Position numbers and translations under genes: made by a program. This document shows, in pieces, positions 52,669-64,000 of a DNA stretch of 64,000 nt. A model generated the notes under the pieces. It saw nothing but the letters and a program-made list of their open reading frames with translations, was not told the DNA's origin and made no database searches. Every line of letters starts with the position of its first letter. Positions within the stretch are counted from its first letter, which is position 1. This DNA comes from Eledone cirrhosa (lineage: Eukaryota), in contig OZ024755.1 of assembly GCA_964016885.1 (NCBI GenBank), forward strand, positions 27,528,001-27,592,000, given 5' to 3'.

Positions 52669-54379
52669 ATATATATATATATGTAAAAGGTAAACAGAAA
52701 TAAAATCACAATTGGTACAGTTTATGGAAGGAATATATTAGTTTAATGCTTGAAATAGCAGGAAGAGGGTCTTAATATTTTGGACGCTAGTATATAACAG
52801 AATTTATAATTATCATTATTATGAGATGGTGCATTTCAGAAAATCATTAGAGCATCAGACAAAAGAATTGTCAATTTATTTCTTTATCATTGCTTCAAGG
52901 GACTGGATGGAATGTAGGGTCCAATAAAATAAAGACCATTCAAGTACTGTCTGTAGTTGTGTTGATTACATTGACTAACCCCTAGACCCTTAGTAATATT
53001 GCTACGCTGGGACCTTATTATTGTTGTTATTTGAGAGAAAAGAAAACTATTGTTGTTGTTATTACTAACTATTTCAACCCTTTTGATACCAACCTGCATC
53101 CCTGTAAAACTCACTTCTAAGTGTCTCAATTTTAATTAAAATATAAACAGCTTAGCACAAGTCTTGTTGAAAGTCATTCCCCACTCAGTTAAGTGGACTG
53201 GAGTAACATTAAATAAAATGTCTTGCTCAAGGACAGAATATACCATCTGCCCCAGTACAGGGATCAAACTCACTATCATATGATTGTGATCTCAACATCT
53301 TAACTCAGCTATGAGCCTTCACAAATGTATGATCTGGTCTCTTCCCATCCCCATTGCTGAGGGTCAGGGACCAATGACAATAGCACCAATACTCATCTAT
53401 TAGATGTTCATCATCATCGTTTAACGTCCATCTTCCACGCTAGAATGGATTAGACGGTATGTCCATAATTCTCATCAGAGGAAAGAGTGGTGTCAGGGGC
53501 TCCCGAATCCTTGTTTGTTCATTACTCGGAAACTAGCTACTGAGCTGATGCTCATCTGCCTTACAGGGATGAAGCCATTGGCCACTTGAAAGGTTGTCAC
53601 CCAGCTAACAATAAAGTCCCACCTACTGCGGGTTTGAAATCAGAGTGATTCTTGTCCTAGACATACTGCCTACTAAAGCTAAGAAGCTCTGTCTGCCTGA
53701 TATCCTTTTTTTGTTTTGTTTTATCCTATTTGATGGCCATTGACTGTCCTAAGTTCCTCCACCCTTGGAAGGGTTTTGTTTCTCATCCTGCAGTGTGTCC
53801 AGAAATCATTGTCCTCACCAAGCAAGCTTGGAGAATTTGCTGGCTTAGTCACCAATAACCTGACCATGTGATGGGTCGTACTGGGCTATGTTACCAGTAG
53901 TGCTTAAGGGCAACCTGATATTATTTTACAAATATCACAACATTGAAATAATAATTTTAGTAAATCATTCCAACTTTATTACAAATACAGTAACAAAAGG
54001 GTTCACTTTTTAAAATGTTTTGTTAAAATTAATATTTTGAAATTAAATCAAAAAAAAAAAATGACATTTATAAATTGAATTTTTAATTATTTTGGGGAAA
54101 ACTTTGCAACAATACAAAGAATTTGTAAATATTTTAATTTTAATTATTGATTAATATATCCTCGTTATTTCATTTTCCTATACCTGTTCAAACTTTGTTT
54201 AGTATATCTACCTGCTTTTTGAGTTGCCCTTTTATCTTGTTCCTCATCCAGGTCTGTTTAACTATCTCTTATTAGTCATTGTGACACTAAATAGGGGTTG
54301 AAATCCATTTTGACAGCTGATTACCAGTCATTGTCCCCTCCAAATCACCATTTGCTATGTATACTCTCAATGTCTCAGA

Positions 54380-55840
54380 CATTATAGTACACTCCTATAT
54401 ACTATACTATAGTACTCTTCTATATATTATAATACAGTACACTCCTATATACTATAATATAGTACACTTCTATATACTATAATATAGTACACTTCTATAT
54501 ACTATAATATAGTACACTCCTATATACTATAATATAGTACACTCCTATATACTATAATATAGTACACTCCTATATACTATATGGTATATATACTATAATA
54601 TAGTACACTTCTATATACTATAATATAGTACACTTCTATATACTATAATATAGTACACTCCTATATACTATAATATAGTACACTCCTATATACTATAATA
54701 TAGTAAACTCCTATATACTATAATATAGTACACTTCTATATACTATAATATAGTACACTTCTATATACTATAATATAGTACACTTCTATATACTATAATA
54801 TAGTACACTTCTATATACTATAATATAGTACACTTCTATACTATAATATAGTACACTTCTATATAATATAATATAGTACACTCCTATATACTATATATAC
54901 TATAATATAGTACACTTCTATATACTATAATATAGTACACTTCTATATACTATAATATAGTACACTCCTATATACTATAATATAGTACACTTCTATATAC
55001 TATAATATAGTACACTCCTATATACTATAATATAGTACACTTCTATATAATATAATATAGTATACTCCTATATACTATAATATAGTACACTTCTATATAA
55101 TATAATACTAGCAGAATGGCCCGGCGTTGCTCGGGATTCTAAACATAGATTGGTATGTTTATCCCTCCTTTCTGAAACAGTACAGAGCAGTACGGAATAC
55201 CTCGGCCTCAGGATGGTGTCTTCATTTTGTGCTTATAAAAAAAATTTGTCGTAGATTACCAGGGTTTAACTTAATTGGGTGCCTGAGAGTAAAATGTTCA
55301 ACCCATATTTTAATATATATATTAAAATAACAGATTAAAGTTTAAGCAAAGAATCGCTGCTTTCACCCTTAACGGGATCTTCTGAAACTAAAAAAAATCA
55401 ATCTGTGAACGCAGAAGTAAATATTTCGAAAAGGGTTACACACTATATATATATACACACACACACTATATATATATACATATATAGACACAGATAGCGA
55501 AGTCAATGTTTTCATAATGTCATAATGCAGACAGCCAGACATACAGACAGATATTATAAGGGCGCAACGTTATAGCTATGTATCTATCTAAAAAGACAGA
55601 CTAAGAAAGAGAGCGAGATCGCTAACTGGCGCCTAATGTGGTCCCAAGGGCATTGAAAATTAGAAATATTTTTTGCTCAAAACACTCACACGACCATAAG
55701 TATTACATGTGTAAAGTTTGAAAAAATCGGTTGGGTGGTTCTCGAGTTTTAGGGAGACAGAGACATTCTCTGTTTTAGATATATCATAATACAGTATACT
55801 CCTGTATACTATAATATAGTACACTCCTATATACTATAAT
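54380..55840. repeat. 25-bp AT-rich minisatellite split by a Helitron
   Basis: Unit TATAGTACACT(T/C)CTATATACTATAA from 54380 to 55107, resuming at about 55786-55840. Confidence 0.95.
55108..55779 (-). mobile_element. Non-autonomous Helitron
   Basis: The minus strand begins TC (55779) and ends with hairpin CCCGAGCAACGCCGGG then CTAG (55108-55111), between A and T. It interrupts the 25-bp minisatellite. Confidence 0.78.
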
Positions 55841-56409
55841 GCAGGTTGATGAGATGTTCCATTTACCATAATCTTCACATTTCATTTGTTGAAATATGTG
55901 TAAAACTAATACAAATGACTTAAATTCCTTCATAAATTCTCTATTTATTATATATATATGAAATAAACATTAAGACAGAAGTTACATCATTATATTTATT
56001 TCTGTGACACCAGCATTGAGCTGTTGTGCAATCATTACAACAGTGACTTATACCAGTGTGACGTCATCAGATGTTAACACAATTATGTGGGTAGGTTGAT
56101 ATGTTGTTGGCTAACGCGACCATGTTTGCGAAAGTCCTAAGAACATATGACTCGCTTTGTATTTTCTTCTTACAATCCATTCACTTGTATCTATATTTTT
56201 ATTGGTGGATTTTTAAACCCCCAAGGTTGTTGTGCTTTACTGTGATAATAGAAAAAGTATGAGGTCTATTTCTTCCCATCTCTATTGTGTTGAGGGGCCC
56301 ATAAATTACCATCAGTTCAGTGTACACACGCATTTATCTGTAGCCATCTAATTGTCCTAGGTCAGTGAAAATTTATTGTTCTAGCCTTATGTGATCTTTT
56401 TATTACTGC

Positions 56410-56746
56410 ATGGAGGCACATGGCTTAGTGGTTAGAGCATTGGCCTTGCAATCGAAAGGTTGTGAGTTCAATTCTCAGACCGGGTGATGTGTTGTTTCCT
56501 TGAGCAAGACACTTTATTTCACATTGCTCCAGTTTACTCAGCTGTAGAAATGAGATGTTAGGGACTGGGGTCCCTATCATTCCACTGTAAAGTGGTCGTG
56601 GAGGTGCCACGGCAAAAAAGCACCCAGCACTCACTGTAAATGAGGTTGGTGTTAGGAAGGGCATCCAGCTGTAGAAATCAAGCCAGAATTAGTTCCCGTC
56701 CCACCCTTGCAAGCAGGGAAAAATGGACGTAAAATGAAATGATGAT
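56410..56746 (+). mobile_element. Composite tRNA-derived SINE copy
   Basis: Near-identical to the reverse complement of 27638-27984. Confidence 0.88.
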
Positions 56747-59159
56747 ATAAATGTGTCTGTAATCTATATCCACTGGTCATAGATACACATATACACTCAC
56801 ATCTATATGTACACAACAACAGCTCTCTCTGTTTATGAAGATACCCAGAAAACCCCCATATCTCTGGAACCCGTTCTCGGATTTATGCAAAACTTGCTTT
56901 ATTCCATTTGTATTCCCATTTTAGGGTCAACTTCCTTTCAAAGTATTTTCCCATTATGCACCCTTTTGGTTGTATTACATTACAGACAAGCAAGCAAGCA
57001 ATCACAGACTTTTAATATTATATAGATGGCTACATACACCTGGACTATATATTATTCATAGTGCCTCCCTCGTATAACTCAATGTCTTCACTCTGATGGA
57101 GGAATTCATTCATTTCTTGCATCATTGAGTACTTAGGGACTCCCTTAAATAACTTGGGAAGATGCTTTGGGAAATTGGGGATGTAGGTATAGGGGAGGAA
57201 GGTTTATGGGAGGGGAGATGGTAGGGAATGGTGTTGCCTACTAGGTATATGCCTCAGCTTGAGAATAATAGATGGTGGGTCTTCTGTAACACTTCATAGC
57301 GCCAGGGGTCACGGTCCTGTATCATCGCCTTAGTGAGATGTAATTGAGCAAAGTCAGTTCTTATTACCTCATCCTAAGTCTTTCTAAGCCTGCCTACTCC
57401 ATGGCTACTATCAACTTTGAGTGCTCTGCACCTTTATATACAGTTTTCATCCTTCATACACAATCTCCTCTACTGCACACACATCTGATCCCTCTTATGC
57501 CTAATTTCTCGTGCAGTTTATTTATGTGCTATTGCACATCCAATGTGAGATAGTTATGTAAGGTAAAGCCTTTACCATGAAAATATAATAGTAAATATAG
57601 TCATGTAAATGCTAAAGGGTTAAACAGGAGCAGAACTGTTGTCTGTGTTGAGGGTCTGTCTTAGTGGCCACTGAAAACCATGGTGAGCCACCTTCTCTCT
57701 CTCTCTCTCTCCTAGCTAAATGTAAGTCTTATTCTAATCTTGATATAATCATTTCTATCAGTTTAAAAACATGTCCGTTATTTTTTTTCTCCTGACAGCT
57801 GCCCATTATCTGGTTCTGAGATAAAATCCTGCTGAGGTTAGCTTTGTCTTTCATCCTTACGGGGTCGATAAAATAAAGTAACAGTAATGCACTGGGGTTG
57901 ATTTAATCAACTTTTTCCTCCCTCAAATTGTTGGCCTTGTGCCTAAATCAGAAAACATTATCTGGCACAAACAATTTTTCAAAGCATATATGAATTATAC
58001 AACTGACTTTGTTAAAAAAAAAAAATATATTCATATTTATATTCATTTATAGATTCATTTTCCATAACACTTTTTCTGTGATGTGAAATTACTATTGCAT
58101 TATTCTACCAATAAGATTAGAAGAGATTTGTTTTTGTTAGTATGAAATAAATAAAAGGGTAACATTAGTGTTGTTACTCCTATAGAGTCTTTCAAATTTC
58201 CTAAACAATGAAGGAGCCTCTATATGATTATTTAACTAAACAGACAAAGCAGTAAAATCTTCCACAAATCACAGCATAAAAATGTAAGAATATAAAGTGG
58301 ACCCCCAGCATTTGTGGTCCCAGTTATTCACAGAATTTTCCTTAGAACCTAACTAATAGTTGTTCGCGGAAAGCACCACATATTTGGGGAATTGTAAATA
58401 TCTTCTGCAATTTTTTTATGGCTTTTTTTGTGGCAATATATATTTTTAACGCTAAATTATTAACAACAATATACTGTATTTGCTGGCCTATTGGACGTTC
58501 TTTCACATAAGACGCTCCCTCTTTTTTAATTTAATTTAATTTAATGTTATATTTTGCGGTTTATAAGCATTTTTATGCATCACATCCAATATTTGCAATT
58601 TTTCACTCTTTGTGGGTGTTCTAGGAACGTACCCCACAAACACTGGGGGACAACTGTACTAGACAATGCAGTTCCTAATATAGTAAAAGACAAGATGGTC
58701 ACACTGTAAAACATTTGGTAATATGTCTGCTTGATTAGTGATAAGGGGTTAAACAACAACAACCTATGAATCATGTTACATTAAGATACTTGAGATAGTA
58801 TTTGAAATCCTAGTCTGAGTAATTTCATCTTTTAGTCACTCTACCTCTCTTGTGCATGAATTTCATAGTTTCTTTTCTTTTCTTTTCTTCTTTTTCTTCA
58901 ATAGTTAATCTCTAACCAATCAAAGTCAATCACACTTAGATATCTGTTACATAAAATACTTGCAACATAATCAATTCTATCTTCAAAATCACTTTGAACT
59001 TGAGAGAATAGCACTAGAAATTCAACATCCTACTTAACTTAATCGTTTAGCATTTACATTACTCTCTGTATATTATTGTATTTTCACGATAAACACTTTA
59101 TCTCACATAATATTGAATCTATGAGATTTTGATATTATTTATTTTGAGAACAATACCTT

Positions 59160-59790
59160 AACATCAGTATGGTATTACATACTTCTCCAACATCTCCTTA
59201 TAGTCAGCAGCATTGACCCAGAAGAAAGAAGTAAGGAGGCATGACATCTCCCTCATTGCTTATGACTCCCAGGACCATCTCAGTTGCCAGAAACTTTGTT
59301 TACATGACCAATGGAACCTCAATAGGGTCTCTGCATAGCCATCTGTCATTCCTTCAGTTGACCTTTTGTTGCTTCAATTTACTCAGATTAAATGGTTATC
59401 TTTTGTCTTTGCAGACATGAATTGGTCTCTCCACATCACATATAACTTGTATCAAAGGTCCTTATGCACAATTCTTTTGAAACCTTAAGCTCCTTAACAA
59501 TTGTGCTAATTGACTTTCTGGAGTTTTTACCAATAATTTTCTGCACCTTCCTTACAAATTTGTGTGTTCTGATTGCATTAGGACCATTAGCAGGGGTTTT
59601 ACATTTGGCTACTGCTGTAAAATCCTCACCAGTGGCTTCTAGTTCTTTGTGAACTTTGACAACAAACGACCATGCAATTTCAGGAAGCAAGCGATCTCTA
59701 AACCACTATGCTCTATTTTTAGGGCAACGATTACAGCGTGCTTTTCATTTACTGAGATAGCTTGATGTCTGTCATCATTTATCTGAAAAG
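59160..59790 (-). mobile_element. Tc1/mariner transposase relic (same family as 21780-22740)
   Basis: KSISTIVKELKVSK and MVLGVISNEGDVMP-like segments. Confidence 0.8.
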
Positions 59791-60559
59791 GAATGATAAT
59801 CAGAAAAAGTTAGAGCTATTGAAAGACATGTCCTGTAAGAAATGTCTCAGATTTATGAGTTAAAAAGAACAGAGATATTTATTCATTATTGAAACATGGC
59901 ACTCTCTAGACAGCATCATATTAATGATTTCCTTACATTGGCATACCTCTACAAATTTGTTGGCGAGAGGTACAATGACTGGATCGACCTTAGTGTATTA
60001 TTAGTACAGTTTCATCAAGCTTGCATGGACTGGACAAAAGGTAAAGTCAATGCTAGAAAAAGATTTAAATCAGAATGGAAAGAGATGAAACTAAACACTC
60101 TTAACTGTTATTGTTGCTGCTGCAGCATAAGCCTATGTCATTCATGATTGAGCAGACTTATAATGAAAGATGTTCATATTATATATATTCCATCTAGTTT
60201 GGCAGTGTCCCATTTTAGTCACTTCAACACCATCAGTACATGTACCAGTATTTATTTATTTTATTGTTGGTGGTGGTATAGAAATTAAAATGGGCACTGG
60301 TAGAATCTGAATTCAGAATATAACAGAACACGACTAAATAATGATAGGTTGTTAGTACCATATTCCACCATTTCTTCATTTCCACCACCCTTTATATATA
60401 ATACATTTAAAAAAAAAAAACCTTTAGCATTTCCATTTCTCTATATTTACTATTGTATTTTCACAGTAAAGGCTTTACCTCATATAATATCAAAACTATG
60501 AGATTTTGATATGATTAATTTTGAGAACAATACCTTAACATCAGTATGAGTGGCCGGTT

Positions 60560-61510
60560 ATGGCCAGTTTGAACAGAAAGAAGTGAGAGAATTCTGGCTG
60601 GATTTGGTTGGTTTAAACAGAAAGAGGCGAGAGAATTCTGGTCAGTTTAAACAGAAAGAGGTGAGAGAATGCTGGTCAGTTTAAACAGAAAGAGGTGAGA
60701 GAGTTCTGGCCAGGTTTGGTCGGTTTAAACAGAAAGAGGTGAGAGAGTTCTGGCCAGGTTTGGTCGGTCTAAGCAGAAAGAGGTGAGAGAGTTCTGGCCA
60801 GGTTTGGTCGGTTTAAACAGAAAGAGGTGAGAGAGTTCTGGCCAGGTTTGGTCGGTTTAAACAGAAAGAGGTGAGAGAGTTCTGGCCAGGTTTGGTCGGT
60901 CTAAGCAGAAAGAGGTGAGAGAGTTCTGGCCAGGTTTGGTCGGTTTAAGCAGAAAGAGGTGAGAGAGTTCTGGCCAGGTTTGGTCGGTCTAAGCAGAAAG
61001 AGGTGAGAGAGTTCTGGCCAGGTTTGGTCGGTTTAAACAGAAAGAGGTGAGAGAGTTCTGGCCAGGTTTGGTCGGTTTAAGCAGAAAGAGGTGAGAGAGT
61101 TCTGGCCAGGTTTGGTCGGTTTAAACAGAAAGAGGTGAGAGAGTTCTGGCCAGGTTTGGTCGGTTTAAGCAGAAAGAGGTGAGAGAGTTCTGGCCAGGTT
61201 TGGTCGGTTTAAACAGAAAGAGGTGAGAGAGTTCTGGCCAGGTTTGGTCGGTTTAAACAGAAAGAGGTGAGAGAGTTCTGGCCAGGTTTGGTCGGTTTAA
61301 GCAGAAAGAGGTGAGAGAGTTCTGGCCAGGTTTGGTCGGTTTAAACAGAAAGAGGTGAGAGAGTTCTGGCCAGGTATGGTCGGTTTAAACAGAAAGAGGT
61401 GAGAGAGTTCTGGCCAGGTATGGTCGGTTTAAACAGAAAGAGGTGAGAGAGTTCTGGCCAGGTTTGGCCGGTTTAAACAGAAAGAGGTGAGAGAATTCTG
61501 GCCAGATTAA
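60560..61510. repeat. 44-bp minisatellite (about 20 copies) expanded inside a piggyBac MITE
   Basis: Unit GTTTAAACAGAAAGAGGTGAGAGAGTTCTGGCCAGGTTTGGTCG. The MITE termini are retained on both sides. Confidence 0.95.
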
Positions 61511-63068
61511 ATGCTAAAAGGTTAAACAACTTTAATTATCCCATTTTGTAACATGTAAACAGAGACTTGGAAAAATAATACATTAGAGGAAAGAATTCTT
61601 GTTGTCAAAAAGTTTATTTTAGCTTATAATAAACTAATTGAAAGTAGCATCAGGCCAGATTTAAAAATAAAATTATTAAATGATTAAATCAAGTGAAACT
61701 TGTTGAATAATTGAAGACCTGAAACTCAAACTAAAATATTGGTTGATTTTTATTTTGCCTTATCTAACTAATATCATTTACTTTTCAATGGTATTTAACC
61801 ATGATAAATTATTATTTCTAATATTTTGTTTCTACTTTTGGTACACGGCCAGCAATTATCCTAGTGCATTACTGGTACTTTATTTTATCGACCCCGTAAG
61901 GATGAAAGGCAAAGTTAACCTCGGCGGGATTAACTTTGCCTTTCATCTTTATGGGATCGATAAAATAAAGTACCAGTAATGCACTGGGATAATTGCTGGC
62001 CTTGTGCCAAAAGTAGAAAATAATGATATTAATAATAAAATACTTTTGCCTCAACAAATATATACTTTTAAAAGAAGGAAAAAGGAAAAAAATCAAAAAC
62101 AACATAGGAGAAAATGGAGAGGCACAGTTTGTTTGTATGACAAAATGATGTCTATTTACTTACAAATATCTATAAGAATATATATTTTGGTGAAAAGAGA
62201 AATATTACTCAAGACAGTTGACTTAACTGTTAGAGTATATGAAATCTTGTTTGTTCTTAGATAATTCTAGTATATTCAAAATTACAATAAGTTACTGCAT
62301 GTAGCTACTTCTTGAGCTCTTTACTTTGTCCCCCATGTGTTAAACCTATTACATGGCCGACAAATCATACATATGTTGAAAATACTAAGTCTTCTACTTG
62401 ATGCATACATGAATTTCAATTTGAATATCAAAATGAAACCTTTAACATATAAAAGAAAAAAAATTATTTATTTATCATCATTTTGATTAAAATATATATT
62501 TAAACTTCACAATCTAAGAATAACAACATATTTAAAAAAAAAATTACAGGTCTTGAAATAGTGTCTTAATGTCAATCTTTTCCCTATTATAAACAAAACT
62601 AGAGTGATAAGGAAAGGGTTGATATTTTTTTTAAATATGAACGATATTACCAGATTTATTTAGGAACCAGTTGTTTAAGCATGCACTTCTTCCAGCACTT
62701 TAAATTTCTTTATACCCTTTGTTTGATTTTACTTCTTTCATTTTTTTTTAAAAGTATGAATATGGGATTTTCTATGGAGACTAAATCTAAAACCATTTAA
62801 AATAAAAGAAATTTGTTTTATACAAATTCACTTCCATTAATACAATACAAATAATAATAATATAAATAATAATGGTTTCTTATATAGGCACAAGGCCAGC
62901 AATTTGGGGGGATGGGAAAGTCGATTAAATCGACCCCAGTACTGGTACTTTATTTTATCGACCCCGTAAGGATGAAAGGCTAAGTTAACCTCGGCGGGAT
63001 TCGAACTTAGTAACTATGCTGCAAAGCATGGCGTCCGACCCTCTACCGATACTGCTAATCCACCACCC

Positions 63069-63115
<47 letters not shown>

Positions 63116-63521
63116 TAACAAAATATTATGTAATCACACATAGTATCCTTTTGGTCAGACAGAAGCCAATAAACATAAAAGAATGGTGAGGAAGAGGAGA
63201 AAGAAAATTTTTGGTAAAAACACAGATTAATTTCAAGACATCACTTTTGTTAATTTGTTGACAAGGGCACTAGTTTATAATATATAGTCACTTCAATACT
63301 ATGTAGCATTTAGTGTAGTGAGAAGGTAGGTTTAGAAGAAAAGTCTCTTGTTCCATACCATCAACATACTAGTGCATATGCTTATCTGCAATACCGTTTT
63401 CTGTTCAGAAAAAGACTCCAGCAAATTGGTTGCCATATCAGTAGATATTTTCAATGTTTGTCATACCAGAATGAAGAGTGACTGAAGTGACAACAAAGCT
63501 GCTGGACTGGAAGGCAGGCTG

Positions 63522-63671
63522 TTAATGGTTGTGACGGCCACGATTATTTTTAGTATTATCTTTCACCTGGTTTGGTCTTCTTGTAATAGTGAAAATATAG
63601 ATGTTTAAATATCTGCTTATTTGCAGGCAGACTTGTCTGGCAAAATACAACAGGTTGCACGTGCAGTAAAT
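63522..63671 (-). CDS. Terminal coding exon of a choline/ethanolamine phosphotransferase (CEPT1/CHPT1-like); the gene continues beyond the window
   Basis: A strong acceptor (ttttttgtag) is followed in phase 0 by IYCTCNLLYFARQVCLQISRYLNIYIFTITRRPNQVKDNTKNNRGRHNH*. This resembles, from memory, the CHPT1/CEPT1 C-terminus (CLQISRHLHLNIF / CNQIASHLHIHVF). This frame is not in the ORF track. Confidence 0.72.
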   Translation of the reverse strand: MYCTCNLLYFARQVCLQISRYLNIYIFTITRRPNQVKDNTKNNRGRHNH

Positions 63672-64000
63672 CTACAAAAAAATAAAAATAAAACAATTTT
63701 CTGAATAATGAAGAAAGAATAAAAAACCCAGTATGTTATAAATATCAAAATGCATATTAAATAAACACCCAACATAAGCCCTTTATATTCTAACCTCTTC
63801 TTACATTTAAAATTACTTGTCATTAATTTTTTTTAATGAAGATTGTAATACAAATAGCTGTATAGATATATCACAAAACTAAAGATGTGGGTTCGACTTT
63901 CATGTACGTCAATACTCATCTTTTTCCATTTTTTAGAGGGTTTTAAACCCCGCTATCAGGCTAAAGTTTCTATTTCTACTAAATTTCAAACTTCGCTCAC

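Noticed and set aside
63617-63823. ORF-track peptide ending RFTARATCCILPDKSACK
   Set aside because: Wrong frame; the phase-0 reading from the same acceptor gives the CEPT1/CHPT1-like C-terminus.

Overview
AT-rich, repeat-dense eukaryotic DNA, most likely from an octopod cephalopod (inferred from the SINE, RTE and MITE families). Four protein-coding genes were reconstructed by reading splice sites. (1) Nucleolin on the minus strand, 16 coding exons, 7617-17627, about 557 aa, with a TCT/5'TOP-type start and E-boxes in intron 1. (2) A TK2-like deoxynucleoside kinase on the minus strand, 10 exons, 24891-39940, about 251 aa, with unusual base-recognition residues. (3) An intronless ribophorin II (RPN2) on the plus strand, 42090-43967, head-to-head with the kinase. 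(4) The last exon of a CEPT1/CHPT1-like gene on the minus strand, 63522-63671. The rest is decayed RTE, Ingi/Vingi-like, CRE and CR1/L2 LINEs, Tc1/mariner relics, piggyBac/hAT/pogo MITEs, a Helitron, tRNA-derived SINEs and several minisatellites, two of them grown from TE sub-sequences. The most striking unexplained signal is a set of short, mutually dissimilar elements sitting in (TA)n tracts. They carry minimal type-I hammerhead ribozyme cores with palindromic stem III, often occur as inverted pairs, and several share a GAGTACT motif near the 3' end. All calls were made by eye; no database search or folding was run.
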